From positions 285,094-349,093 of the forward strand of contig JBGAUW010000003.1 in the NCBI GenBank assembly GCA_044228435.1: a DNA stretch of 64,000 bases. Direction: 5' to 3'. The notes beneath the pieces are model-generated. The model was not told the DNA's origin and ran no database searches. It worked only from the letters and a program-made list of their open reading frames with translations. Shown piece after piece: positions 10,249-19,718 of the stretch. How positions within the stretch are numbered: position 1 is the first letter of the stretch; each line of letters opens with the position of its first letter. A program made the position numbers and the translations under genes. Source of the stretch: Chitinophagales bacterium. Its GTDB lineage: Bacteria; Bacteroidota; Bacteroidia; Chitinophagales; LD1.

Positions 10249-12696
10249 CTAATACCTCAACACTTTTACTTCTGTTCTACGGTTAGCCTGGTGTTGTGGG
10301 TCGGTACAATTAGATTCGTTGGTGGGTTCGCAAACACATCCGTTTAGTATTACATTTTCGCCATAGCCTGCGGCTAAAATGCGCTTTGCTTTTACTCCTT
10401 TTTTAGCAATGTAATCTACCGCTGCCCTTGCCCTGCGTGCCGAAAGTACCACATTGTATTTGGCACTGGCGCGACAATCGGTATGCGAGCTTAGTTCAAT
10501 CTCCAGCGATGGGTATTGTTTCATCAGGCGTACCAGGTTATCTAAATCGGCGGTAGCATCTTTACGGATAGTCCACTTGTTTAAATCGTAATAAATATTG
10601 CGCACCACCCAGGTTTGCCCTACGTAAAATTTGCAGGCACCCTCTACATTCATACCGGGGTGGAGCCCGATAGTAGAAAGCGTATCGGCCTTGCCACCGT
10701 GCTCAATCAAGTACAGGTTGTTAATTTTCAGGTCAAGTCGTAACTCGCCATTGCGGTCGGGGCTAATCTCTTTTTTATCGCCGGTTTGCAGGTTGGTAAC
10801 TGTAACGGTGGTAGAAAAACAATTAGCCGTTAAAGGCACATTCACTTCCAGCTCCTCGCGCGGTATTGATATATCCAATTTAACCACACCGGTAGCGGCA
10901 TCGGCACTTAGCTCCGAAAACTGAATGTTGGCCGATGCATAATCGGGCGAAGTAAGCGTATACTTACCGGCAGGCACCGTAGTTTCAAGCACTCCTTTTT
11001 CATTCGTGCTAAAGTTAATTGCCGGTGCGCCTTCGGGTGTAAGCGATATGGCCACGTCTTTTATTGGTTCGCCGTTTTCTTTCTCAGTAATTGTTACCAA
11101 TAGCTTAATTACATCGGGCTTAAGAGGAATAGGCACCGTTGTGTTTTTGTTTTTAGTGCTAACCTCTACCGAGTTAGGCTTATAGCCATTGCTCATGGCC
11201 TGTACGGTGCATGCTTTATTGCCTTTAAGGGTATAAATTTTCTCGCCGTTTTTATCGGCTAAAGTATTTTCGGGCGTTTGTGTTTTGCAATCCAGGGCCA
11301 GCGAAGCCATTGGTATTGGCTTCTGTGTAAGGGCATCTTCTACCCGTATTATTACCTTATAATCCAGTTTGGTTTCATCGTAGGTAAAGTGGTAAATATC
11401 ATCTTCGCCCTTGCCGCCATCGCGGTTACTGGCCAGGTAGCCACCCTTGTTATCGGCTGCCATTACAAAAGAGAAGTCGTCTTTATTCGTATTAACCGGC
11501 GCCCCAAGGTTCTCCGGTTTGCTCCAGCGGCCGGTTTCCGGTTTGGTTTTGTATACATCCAAACCACCCAATCCTGAAGGACTGTTACTTGAAAAATAAA
11601 GTGTTCCATCATTGGCTATAAAAGGAAACTTTTCGTCGAAGGCGGTGTTTACTTCCGGCCCTAAATTTTGCGGGTTGCTCCAGGCACCGTTGGCATCGCG
11701 CGCAGCAATGTAAATATCGGTTCCGCCGTAGCCCCCCAGTTTGTCGCTAACAAAATAGAGCGTCTTACCATCTTTAGTTATGGTAGGCTGAGCGCTGGTA
11801 TACTGGGCATTATTTAGCGCCAAAGGCAGCACATTGGTGCCTTTGTTATCCTCTAAAGCGGCTGAGTAAAGCTGTTGGCGCGGCAGGCGCAGGCCATTTT
11901 GTAATACGGTGTTTTTCTTTTTAAAGCTACCGGCGCTGAATACTATCTCGTTATTTACTTTAGTAAACGCAGGTGTGCTTTCGTAGCTTTTGCACTTAGA
12001 TTTAAGGTTAGCTTTATCGTTTTGGTGCGTGCTATCTAAAGATGCCACATAAATTTTGCTGTCCTTAGTCAGGTTCCACTTATCGTATGTGGCTTTTTTA
12101 TTACTGCGGTTACTGGTGTAAAGTAGTTTAGTATCGTATATGGCCGGCCCGTATTCCGATTTCGTTGTATTCACATCAGCAGCCTCTACTTTATATGCGC
12201 CTGTGTTGTCTTTACTTAAAGCCGGTATTTTATCCATAGCGCTAACAGCCTCTTTTACTCCGGTAGCAGTAGGATTAGATTTTGCATAGGCCTCATAATA
12301 TTTTTGCGCGGCAGCATAGTTATTGTTAGCGCGCAACACATCGGCATAGGCAAGCTTAACGGCAGCGCTTGTTTTAGGGTTATCGGCAATTTTAGCATAC
12401 CACTTTTCGGCCTCGCTGTAGTTACCGGTTACCCGGTAAGCCTCGGCAATTTTTTGCACCAGGTAAGCAGTATCGGTATCTTTTGTAAGGCTTTTAGAAT
12501 ACTTTTTAATTGCTTTTGTAAACTTAAGCTTTGCAAATGCCTTATCGCCGGCTTTGGTGCTGCCGCTCTTTATGGCTTTGCTTACCGTGGTGGCGGTTTT
12601 AGCTAAACTATCGGCAGCAGCAGGCGCAGCAATGGCCGAACAACAGGAGAATAAAATAAACAGCAGGGTTACGGGTACATTAATTCTCATTTCCAT
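10249..12696 (-). CDS. OmpA family protein (TPR + PD40/TolB-like beta-propeller + CarboxypepD_reg-like + C-terminal OmpA peptidoglycan-binding domain)
   Basis: 815 aa with a signal peptide. TPR-like N-terminus (AEAYRVTGNYSEAEKWY), repeated PD40-type segments (DGKTLYFVSD, DGTLYFSSN), and a C-terminal OmpA motif (IELSSHTDCRASAKYNVVLSARRA, NRRTEV). Confidence 0.85.
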   Translation of the reverse strand: MEMRINVPVTLLFILFSCCSAIAAPAAADSLAKTATTVSKAIKSGSTKAGDKAFAKLKFTKAIKKYSKSLTKDTDTAYLVQKIAEAYRVTGNYSEAEKWYAKIADNPKTSAAVKLAYADVLRANNNYAAAQKYYEAYAKSNPTATGVKEAVSAMDKIPALSKDNTGAYKVEAADVNTTKSEYGPAIYDTKLLYTSNRSNKKATYDKWNLTKDSKIYVASLDSTHQNDKANLKSKCKSYESTPAFTKVNNEIVFSAGSFKKKNTVLQNGLRLPRQQLYSAALEDNKGTNVLPLALNNAQYTSAQPTITKDGKTLYFVSDKLGGYGGTDIYIAARDANGAWSNPQNLGPEVNTAFDEKFPFIANDGTLYFSSNSPSGLGGLDVYKTKPETGRWSKPENLGAPVNTNKDDFSFVMAADNKGGYLASNRDGGKGEDDIYHFTYDETKLDYKVIIRVEDALTQKPIPMASLALDCKTQTPENTLADKNGEKIYTLKGNKACTVQAMSNGYKPNSVEVSTKNKNTTVPIPLKPDVIKLLVTITEKENGEPIKDVAISLTPEGAPAINFSTNEKGVLETTVPAGKYTLTSPDYASANIQFSELSADAATGVVKLDISIPREELEVNVPLTANCFSTTVTVTNLQTGDKKEISPDRNGELRLDLKINNLYLIEHGGKADTLSTIGLHPGMNVEGACKFYVGQTWVVRNIYYDLNKWTIRKDATADLDNLVRLMKQYPSLEIELSSHTDCRASAKYNVVLSARRARAAVDYIAKKGVKAKRILAAGYGENVILNGCVCEPTNESNCTDPQHQANRRTEVKVLRY

Positions 12697-12757
12697 TAAG
12701 GGTTTATTTTAAGCAATACTAAAACCAACATTCACCGGTTTATACCATTTGCGCTTT

Positions 12758-12780
12758 AACATTCAAATATGTTGAATGTT
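12758..12780. promoter_or_regulatory. Candidate operator palindrome upstream of the OmpA-family gene
   Basis: AACATTCAA-ATATG-TTGAATGTT is a perfect 9-bp inverted repeat. A third half-site AACATTCA lies at 12727-12734. No matching terminator context. Confidence 0.25.
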
Positions 12781-12797
12781 TATTTTATAGCCCAAAC

Positions 12798-13175
12798 TTA
12801 TTTCGCCGCCACAAGCAGTTCTTCCCAATACTCGGCAGCCCTGCGCGTATGCGGTATCACAATAGAGCCGCCCACCAGGTTAGCTATAGCAAACACCTCA
12901 TATATCTCCTCAGTGGTTACACCCACCTCGTGACTTTTACCCAGGTGGTATTTAATGCAATCGTCGCAACGCAGCACCATACTGGCTACCAGCCCCAGCA
13001 GTTCTTTGGTTTTAGTGCTAAGCGCGCCATCGGCATAGGCCTGGTTATCAAGGCTCCAAAAGCGCTTCAGCACCAGGTTATCTTTACCAAGGATTACCTC
13101 GTTCATTTTGCTGCGGTACTGATTAAAGTCAGATATCATGTCGCTCATACAATTTTCAATTTTGTGTTTCGTCAA
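12798..13175 (-). CDS. Carboxymuconolactone decarboxylase / AhpD-like family protein
   Basis: 125 aa with the AhpD-core CxxCxxxH motif (CDDCIKYH). Confidence 0.8.
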   Translation of the reverse strand: MTKHKIENCMSDMISDFNQYRSKMNEVILGKDNLVLKRFWSLDNQAYADGALSTKTKELLGLVASMVLRCDDCIKYHLGKSHEVGVTTEEIYEVFAIANLVGGSIVIPHTRRAAEYWEELLVAAK

Positions 13176-13300
13176 TTAAGAACGGAAAATAGGAAATTGA
13201 ACAAGCGGGCAAAACAGTAATTTTAACCTTACAGGTTATTACATATTGCGAGTGCGCGTTTTTTATACCTTTAAACCGAAAACAAAAAACAAATTACCAC

Positions 13301-13879
13301 ATGAAAAACGTATTCAGACTTTTTATCGGGCTTATTATTGCTTCTTCACTTAGCAGCTGCAGCTATAACTCGCTGGTTGAAAAGCGCGAAGGTGTTACCG
13401 CCCAGTGGGCCAACGTAGAGGCAGCTTATCAGCGTCGTGCCGATTTAATACCTAACCTGGTAGAAACTGTAAAGGGTGGAGGTAAGTATGAAGCCGAAAC
13501 CTTAGAAAAAGTTGTGCAGGCCCGTGCATCGGCTACCAGCATTAAAATAGACCCTACCAATCTTTCGGAAGATGATATAGCGAAATACCAGGCTGCACAA
13601 AGCCAGTTAAGCGGCAGCTTATCGCGTTTGTTGGCTACTGTAGAAGCTTACCCGGAACTAAAAGCAGTACAGGGCTATTCGGAACTGCGTGTTGAACTGG
13701 CAAGCACTGAGGATAAAATCGCCTTTGAGCGCAAAAAATTCAACGATCTGGTTAACAGCTACAATGCTAACCTATCTACGTTTCCGGCTGTAATTACTGC
13801 CAAGCTTTTTGGATTTACCCCTAAGGGTTACTTTAAAGCCGATGCCGGTACCGAGAACGCGCCTAAAGTGAAGTTCTAA
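13301..13879 (+). CDS. lemA: LemA family protein
   Basis: 192 aa. N-terminal lipoprotein/anchor segment, then a typical LemA region (WANVEAAYQRRADLIPNLV, YPELKA). Confidence 0.85.
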   Translation: MKNVFRLFIGLIIASSLSSCSYNSLVEKREGVTAQWANVEAAYQRRADLIPNLVETVKGGGKYEAETLEKVVQARASATSIKIDPTNLSEDDIAKYQAAQSQLSGSLSRLLATVEAYPELKAVQGYSELRVELASTEDKIAFERKKFNDLVNSYNANLSTFPAVITAKLFGFTPKGYFKADAGTENAPKVKF

Positions 13880-13989
13880 AAGGGAATAATGGATGGGTGG
13901 AATGATGGATGTTATTACTCTTTAGTTCATTCCAATACATTATTAGTCTGTGCAATATTTTTGTTTAGTAATACCATTTAAATCAGCGC

Positions 13990-14430
13990 ATGCTTTTTAA
14001 AAAACAATTTTTTAGCGAGGCTGAACGCAAGGCCATAGTGCAGGCTATAAGCGATGCCGAAAATATGACCAGCGGTGAAATTAGGCTGCATATTGAGCCT
14101 ACCTGCAAGCACGAAGATGTGCTGGTGCGTGCCACAGAAGTTTTTTTTCAATTAAAAATGAATGAAACGGCAGCGCAAAACGGGGTGCTGATTTACCTGG
14201 CCTACGACGATAAAAAATTTGCCATACTTGGCGATAAAGGCATTGATGCAGTGGTGCCAGCTACCTTTTGGGATGGCACGAAAGAAGTGATGAGCGGCCA
14301 CTTTAAACAGGGCGAATTTTTAGAGGGACTTTTATTTGCCATTAAAGAGACCGGGTTTCACCTTAAACAATATTTCCCTTTAAACCACGACGATAAAAAC
14401 GAGTTGAGCAATGAAATCAGTGAAGGGTAA
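13990..14430 (+). CDS. TPM domain-containing protein
   Basis: 146 aa. The ERKAIVQAISDAENMTSGEIRLHIE signature and its position after lemA fit the LemA-TPM-TPM triad. Confidence 0.65.
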   Translation: MLFKKQFFSEAERKAIVQAISDAENMTSGEIRLHIEPTCKHEDVLVRATEVFFQLKMNETAAQNGVLIYLAYDDKKFAILGDKGIDAVVPATFWDGTKEVMSGHFKQGEFLEGLLFAIKETGFHLKQYFPLNHDDKNELSNEISEG

Positions 14431-14482
14431 TTCGGTTGGCAGATGGCAGTTGCCTGTTGACAGAAAATACAAATTGCAAAGC

Positions 14483-15226
14483 ATGTTTATGCTTTGCATG
14501 GTTGTGTTGTCGACATTAGTGGCTGGCGCGCAAAATTTTCCGGCGCAGCCCAATCCGCCACGTTTGGTGAACGATTTTGCCGGTGTATTATCGGCTAATG
14601 AAGTTGCCTCGTTAGAACAAAAGCTGGTAGCTTACGATGATTCTACCTCTACCCAAATAGCCATTGTAATAATTGAAAGTTTAGATGGCGCCGAAGTAGG
14701 CAGCTATGCAGCTGAACTGGGCGAAAAATGGGGTATAGGCACCAAACAAAACCACAATGGTGTATTGCTTTTGATGTCGAAAAACGACCGTAAGGTTACT
14801 ATACGGACCGGTTACGGTGTTGAGGAAAAACTGGGCGCTATTATTACCGACCGCATTATTAAAAATACCCTGGTGCCTAACTTTAAACAGGGTAATTTTT
14901 ATGGCGGATTTAGTGATGCCACCGACGAAATAATGGCCCGCCTTTCGGGTATGTATGTAAATGATAAAAAGCGCGGAGGGCGTGAGCAGATTCCGGTTTG
15001 GGTTGTAGTGCTTATCATTTTTATCATCTTCTTCGTTATTCCTTTCTTTTTCCGTGGAGGCGGTGGTGGCGGAACTACCTATAGCCGCAGGGGTTTAAAT
15101 ACCTGGGGCGGTGGAGGCTTTTTAGGTGGCGGTGGTTTTGGCGGTGGGGGCAGTAGCGGCGGTGGTGGTTTTGGCGGTTTTGGCGGCGGGGGCTTTAGTG
15201 GCGGAGGCAGCAGCGGAAGCTGGTAG
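14483..15226 (+). CDS. TPM domain-containing protein (YgcG-like) with TM helix and Gly-rich tail
   Basis: The ORF track gives 14411-15226. The Met at 14483 gives a signal peptide MFMLCMVVLSTLVAGAQ. TPM core (VLSANEVASLEQKL, QIAIVII), a TM helix, and a GGGGF-rich C-terminus. Confidence 0.75.
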   Translation: MFMLCMVVLSTLVAGAQNFPAQPNPPRLVNDFAGVLSANEVASLEQKLVAYDDSTSTQIAIVIIESLDGAEVGSYAAELGEKWGIGTKQNHNGVLLLMSKNDRKVTIRTGYGVEEKLGAIITDRIIKNTLVPNFKQGNFYGGFSDATDEIMARLSGMYVNDKKRGGREQIPVWVVVLIIFIIFFVIPFFFRGGGGGGTTYSRRGLNTWGGGGFLGGGGFGGGGSSGGGGFGGFGGGGFSGGGSSGSW

Positions 15227-15263
15227 TTTAAACATTTGAACGATAGATAAGACAGGAAACAGG

Positions 15264-15887
15264 ATGAAAGCAAATCCATATAAAGCACACCCGTGGCATG
15301 GAATTTCTTATGGAGAAGGTTTTCCGGATGTGTTAACCGCGTTTATAGAAATAGTACCGGCAGATACCGTTAAATATGAAATTGACAAAGCCAGTGGCTG
15401 GCTTAAGGTGGACAGGCCTCAACTTTATTCGAACATAGTTCCTGCCTTATACGGTTTTATACCGCAAACGCTTTGCGATATAGAAGTAGGTAAGTTTTGC
15501 ATGGAAAAAACGGGGCAGAAAAATATAATAGGCGACCAGGACCCTATGGATATACTGGTGCTGGAAGAAAAGAACATACAAAGCGGAGGCATACTGGTGC
15601 AGGCTATTCCTATAGGCGGTTTTAGAATGATTGATAAAAACGAAGCCGACGATAAAATTATAGCCGTTTTAAAAAACGATGCGGTGTATGGAAAATATAC
15701 CGACATAAGCCAGCTGCCCATATCAATAGTTAACCGCCTTAAGCATTACTTTTTAACGTATAAAGACTTACCCGATTCTGACCAGGAACGTATTGTAGAA
15801 ATTGCCGCCGTATATGGCCGCGAAGAAGCGCTGGAAGTTATCCGCCATAGCGCAACAGACTATAAGAACCGCTTTACAGGCGTATGA
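15264..15887 (+). CDS. ppa: Inorganic diphosphatase (family I)
   Basis: 207 aa. The N-terminus AHPWHGIS and the acidic DPMDILVLEE / ADDKIIAV regions are typical of Bacteroidota-type PPase. Confidence 0.8.
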   Translation: MKANPYKAHPWHGISYGEGFPDVLTAFIEIVPADTVKYEIDKASGWLKVDRPQLYSNIVPALYGFIPQTLCDIEVGKFCMEKTGQKNIIGDQDPMDILVLEEKNIQSGGILVQAIPIGGFRMIDKNEADDKIIAVLKNDAVYGKYTDISQLPISIVNRLKHYFLTYKDLPDSDQERIVEIAAVYGREEALEVIRHSATDYKNRFTGV

Positions 15888-16375
15888 AGAACCGGTTAAT
15901 ACGAATAGCTGCCGTGGTAGCAGCACTGCTGGTTGCCGGTTTTTTATACAACAAATACCGCATAGCCCCTAAAATAAAACCGGCAGCCTTAGTGCTTACC
16001 GATTTAACCGGCCACCCATTTGCGCTGGATACATTTAAAAACCAAAAACTGTTTATCAGTTTTTTTGCCACCTGGTGCGGCCCTTGCTTACAGGAGTTGC
16101 CCTCGATATTTGAGGCACAACAAATATTAGAGCCCGTTAACTTTCGTTTTATCTTAGTTTCTGATGAATCGATTGAGTTGCTACAACGCTTTAATGAAAA
16201 AACAGAGAGCCGGTTTTTAATACTGCATTCGGAAAAGAAACTGCACGACTATAACATTTATACCATACCCACTACTTACCTTTTAAACACTAAAGGCGAA
16301 ATAATTTTTAAGCAAACCGGCGAAGAAGATTGGGCCAGCGAGAAGATGATAGCCAAACTGAAAGGCGCAGAGTAA
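15884..16375 (+). CDS. TlpA family thiol-disulfide oxidoreductase (thioredoxin fold)
   Basis: 163 aa with an N-terminal anchor and a WCGPC active site at 16073-16087. The start overlaps the ppa stop by 4 nt (ATGA). Confidence 0.85.
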   Translation: MKNRLIRIAAVVAALLVAGFLYNKYRIAPKIKPAALVLTDLTGHPFALDTFKNQKLFISFFATWCGPCLQELPSIFEAQQILEPVNFRFILVSDESIELLQRFNEKTESRFLILHSEKKLHDYNIYTIPTTYLLNTKGEIIFKQTGEEDWASEKMIAKLKGAE

Positions 16376-16376
16376 A

Positions 16377-16931
16377 TTATTTTTTGGCTAAATAGTTCAT
16401 CCAAAATACGATTAGCAGAAAAAACATACCATAGCTCATTAGCAGATAAACGCGCGTGTGTGCCAATACAAAAAACTGCTCGTAATAATGTTTTTCTACT
16501 ACCCCCAAACCGGTAAGGCGCACTACGTTAATAGCATAAATACAAAATACGCCTAGTGGAATATACCATAGCTTATGCTGCCATTTGCCTTTATAGGCCA
16601 GTATAAACCCCGAAAAAATAACGCATACCGAAACGCCCAGGCAGTGGTTGGCCAAAAAAAGGCCCGGTGTGTTAGTGATAAGAATGTTGCGTTGGTTAAA
16701 CTCCAGTTGGTAACCCAAAACATGGCGAAGAAACAGTGCGGCAGGCTGAATGGTTTTGTAGGCGAACCAATCTGTAAAGGCAAGCCAAAAGCGGTTTAAC
16801 GCAGTACCTTCAACATGAAAAAAGTAGAAGAGGGTTTTCCAAAGCAGGTAAACCAAAATTACCTTAAGCCCGAAAAAAACAGCGTTTAATAATTTTTTAT
16901 CGGCGGCAAGCTTTTGAACAAGCGGGTGCAT
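16377..16931 (-). CDS. Exosortase/archaeosortase family protein, XrtF-like
   Basis: 184 aa, polytopic. The Cys-containing segment LANHCLGVSV, the Arg segment NVVRLTG and a downstream His follow the order of the exosortase catalytic triad. Size matches XrtF. Confidence 0.5.
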   Translation of the reverse strand: MHPLVQKLAADKKLLNAVFFGLKVILVYLLWKTLFYFFHVEGTALNRFWLAFTDWFAYKTIQPAALFLRHVLGYQLEFNQRNILITNTPGLFLANHCLGVSVCVIFSGFILAYKGKWQHKLWYIPLGVFCIYAINVVRLTGLGVVEKHYYEQFFVLAHTRVYLLMSYGMFFLLIVFWMNYLAKK

Positions 16932-16939
16932 AGGCCAGG

Positions 16940-17818
16940 TTAAAACGAAACAAAAATGCCATGCCAGTATAGCTTTACAAAGCCTACCACAAATATTAAA
17001 GCAATAAACATTACAAATCCAAAACTTTGTAAAACCTTATACTTCAATACATCATCTTTCAAAATTTCGAGATAATACAAGGCCACCCAACTTATAAGCA
17101 GCGATATGCCAATTACCATCAGATAAATAACATGCAAAAGCACATGGAATCTTGCCGAGCCTGTTTTATCCCATAAAATAGCGGTAGTAACAAACGCTCC
17201 AAGTATAAAGGGGACTACTGCAGTTTCGATAAAATATGTGCGGCGGCGCGATGACTTGTTTACTTTCGAGAATGAGTATGAAAAACTCAAAAACATTTTG
17301 GGGTAATTGATGGCAAAAAACAATATTAAAATTCCAAACAGCACATTAATGGCATAGGTAAAAGGGGCCGGCAAAAACCACCACGAAAAAACCACCGCAA
17401 AATTCTGATAAAAAGGAGAGTTGAACTCATTAATACCCAAGGAAGCGATAATGCCCTGGGCAGTAAAAAAGCAAGTGCCTATTACAAAAGCCCACACCAA
17501 AAACACGTTTAGTAATGCCGGCTTACGCTTTACCCTGTCAAAAATATACAACATTAAAAGCCCAAAAAGCAAAGCAAAAAACGGGTATGTGCTGTAAATC
17601 ATCGAAACCTTCAGCTTGGTCCACCTATTGCCATTTAGCATAAAACGGATACCGAAGTAGTAAATGTTGGCATCGAAATTGAAAAACTTACCCATAAGGG
17701 CCATTGAGAAAAAGCCACCAAAGTTGATTACAACATAGGCCAGCGTAAAACAAATTGTAGAGTTAATAACCCGAACCAATTTATCCGACCATTGCTCTTT
17801 GCCTTTAGTATCTACCAT
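16940..17818 (-). CDS. Polytopic membrane protein of unknown function
   Basis: 292 aa with about 8 hydrophobic helices. It ends 8 nt upstream of the XrtF-like gene on the same strand. No family recognised. Confidence 0.6.
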   Translation of the reverse strand: MVDTKGKEQWSDKLVRVINSTICFTLAYVVINFGGFFSMALMGKFFNFDANIYYFGIRFMLNGNRWTKLKVSMIYSTYPFFALLFGLLMLYIFDRVKRKPALLNVFLVWAFVIGTCFFTAQGIIASLGINEFNSPFYQNFAVVFSWWFLPAPFTYAINVLFGILILFFAINYPKMFLSFSYSFSKVNKSSRRRTYFIETAVVPFILGAFVTTAILWDKTGSARFHVLLHVIYLMVIGISLLISWVALYYLEILKDDVLKYKVLQSFGFVMFIALIFVVGFVKLYWHGIFVSF

Positions 17819-17861
17819 TTAAATAAGGGAGTAAGTTTCCGGTCAAAGATAGAAAACAGTC

Positions 17862-18923
17862 TCAGAATACAGATTTTGAGGGCCTGTATTTTGCCTTTGC
17901 TAAAATGGCTTTGGCGTCGTACTTCAATATCAAATCGTGCAGCGATATTTTTCCCCCGCTTTCCTTCATGTATTTGCGTACAATTTGCAGGCCAATCCAG
18001 CTGCCCAGGTTGCCGGGCGCCTCAGCCGGCATGCCCGTAATGCCGGGGCCCTCATCCAGGTAGCGCTTCTGATCCATGTAGTTATCCTTGTAAAGCAGGT
18101 CTTTATCGTTTAAAAAGCGCCACATTTCTATCTCATTCTGCTCGCACCACCGGGTTTGGTTGGCCGTAAAGCCCACAAGCAGACTATCGGGGGCATCGGG
18201 CAGCATGTACGATAGAAAATAGATTTTCTTGCCCTTTTCAACCATCGCTTCAGCCAGTGTTTTACCGTGCGATAACTCCCCCTCGCCAAAGTAAAAATTG
18301 TATAACACCTCTACCGCGTTGCGGGCTATATACTCCCTGCGCATTTTATGTTGCAAATATTGAAACACACCGGCACTATCATAATCGGTAAAGCCGGGGC
18401 CCAGGTATTGGTCGAGCCCTATACCCAGCAAATCTTTTTCGTAAGTAAAGGCGCCTACCGAAAAACCAGAATTTACGCCTACTACCTTAGGTATGCTAAC
18501 CTCGGGGAAATAATACTTCAGGTATTTAAACGATTGGGTTAGCTCCTCCTCTACGTCTTTAGAATCGTTAAAATGCGCATCGATAGCCTTTTGGATGCGG
18601 CTTATATAGGCATCGGCTACAAATTTTTGCAAGGCTTCTTTATCAATATTCGCAGTATCCTGCGGCGGGCGGGGGCCTACCACAAACTGGCTGATATAAA
18701 AATCGTAAAAGCTGCCATACTTATTGCGCATGCTGCTAATCTGCCCCTCATCGAAATTAGATTGGCCCAATGCAAACAAATCTTTATCGAACCGCTGCAA
18801 CTCCACGTTCAGCTTAATGTTTGATACATCCGGCTTTTCTCTACTTTTGGTATTGTTGCAGCCCGAACAACCGGCCAACAACAACACACACATCAGCCTT
18901 ACAATTTGTTTTATATTTTTCAT
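17862..18923 (-). CDS. gldB: Gliding motility lipoprotein GldB
   Basis: The ORF track starts at a TTG at 18962. The ATG at 18923 gives MKNIKQIVRLMCVLLLAGCSGC (lipobox). The RFDKDLF motif and length fit GldB. Confidence 0.65.
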   Translation of the reverse strand: MKNIKQIVRLMCVLLLAGCSGCNNTKSREKPDVSNIKLNVELQRFDKDLFALGQSNFDEGQISSMRNKYGSFYDFYISQFVVGPRPPQDTANIDKEALQKFVADAYISRIQKAIDAHFNDSKDVEEELTQSFKYLKYYFPEVSIPKVVGVNSGFSVGAFTYEKDLLGIGLDQYLGPGFTDYDSAGVFQYLQHKMRREYIARNAVEVLYNFYFGEGELSHGKTLAEAMVEKGKKIYFLSYMLPDAPDSLLVGFTANQTRWCEQNEIEMWRFLNDKDLLYKDNYMDQKRYLDEGPGITGMPAEAPGNLGSWIGLQIVRKYMKESGGKISLHDLILKYDAKAILAKAKYRPSKSVF

Positions 18924-18979
18924 ATTGTGCGAAAATGCGAAAATTGACACGCAAACCAACAACCTATTAAATCTACCAG

Positions 18980-19708
18980 ATGAAACGTTTTTTTACGCTT
19001 GTTATTCTACTTTGCTTTGTAATACAAGGCTTTGCCCTAAACGATAGAATACGTATTGGCCTGCATGTATCGCCGGGCGTGGCCTGGAGCAAGCCCTTTG
19101 GCAACGACCTTTTAAAGGGCAAACCGCGCTTTGGCACCAGCTATGGCTTTTTGGTAGAATACTGGTTTGCAAAAAACTATGGCCTTAGTACCGGCCTTGG
19201 CGGTGCTTACGATGGCTGCAATATTAAAGGGCGAAACGTTTTTGAAAACAATGGCGCAGGCATTAAATTACGTGATGTAAACGAAAAATACAGCTTTCAT
19301 TATATTGAAATACCTGCCTACCTTAAACTTAAAACCAACGAAATTAAAGGCGGCAACTTTAATGTGTGGGGGCAGGTGGGCCTTACGCTAAACCTTACCG
19401 TTAGTGCACGCGCCACCTATAGCGATTCAATAACTACAACTGCCGGCACCAATGTTTTAATTGAAAAAGAGAATATTTTAAAACAGAAAAACGATGTGTC
19501 GCAGGCTATACCAAAATTTTGGGCAAACTTTTTTGATGTGCGCTTAGGTGCCGGTGCCGGTTTTGAATATAAGTTTGACGAGAAGGCATCTTTACTGGTT
19601 GGGGTATTTTACCACAACGGTTTTATCAATAATCTTTTCGACCACGATATAAAGAAAGAACCCAACGTAATGCGCTTTATGAGCCTGCGGATGGGCGTGT
19701 TATTTTAA
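18980..19708 (+). CDS. Outer-membrane beta-barrel protein (porin/PorT-like family)
   Basis: 242 aa with a signal peptide, alternating amphipathic beta pattern and a C-terminal aromatic residue (GVLF). Confidence 0.55.
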   Translation: MKRFFTLVILLCFVIQGFALNDRIRIGLHVSPGVAWSKPFGNDLLKGKPRFGTSYGFLVEYWFAKNYGLSTGLGGAYDGCNIKGRNVFENNGAGIKLRDVNEKYSFHYIEIPAYLKLKTNEIKGGNFNVWGQVGLTLNLTVSARATYSDSITTTAGTNVLIEKENILKQKNDVSQAIPKFWANFFDVRLGAGAGFEYKFDEKASLLVGVFYHNGFINNLFDHDIKKEPNVMRFMSLRMGVLF

Positions 19709-19718
19709 ACTATAGTCC

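Noticed and set aside
15079-15288. 69-aa Pro/Lys-rich ORF (PPPKPPKPPPP...).
   Set aside because: It is the reverse complement of the GGC/GGT-rich region that encodes the Gly-rich tail of the TPM protein. It is an antisense artefact, not a proline-rich protein gene.
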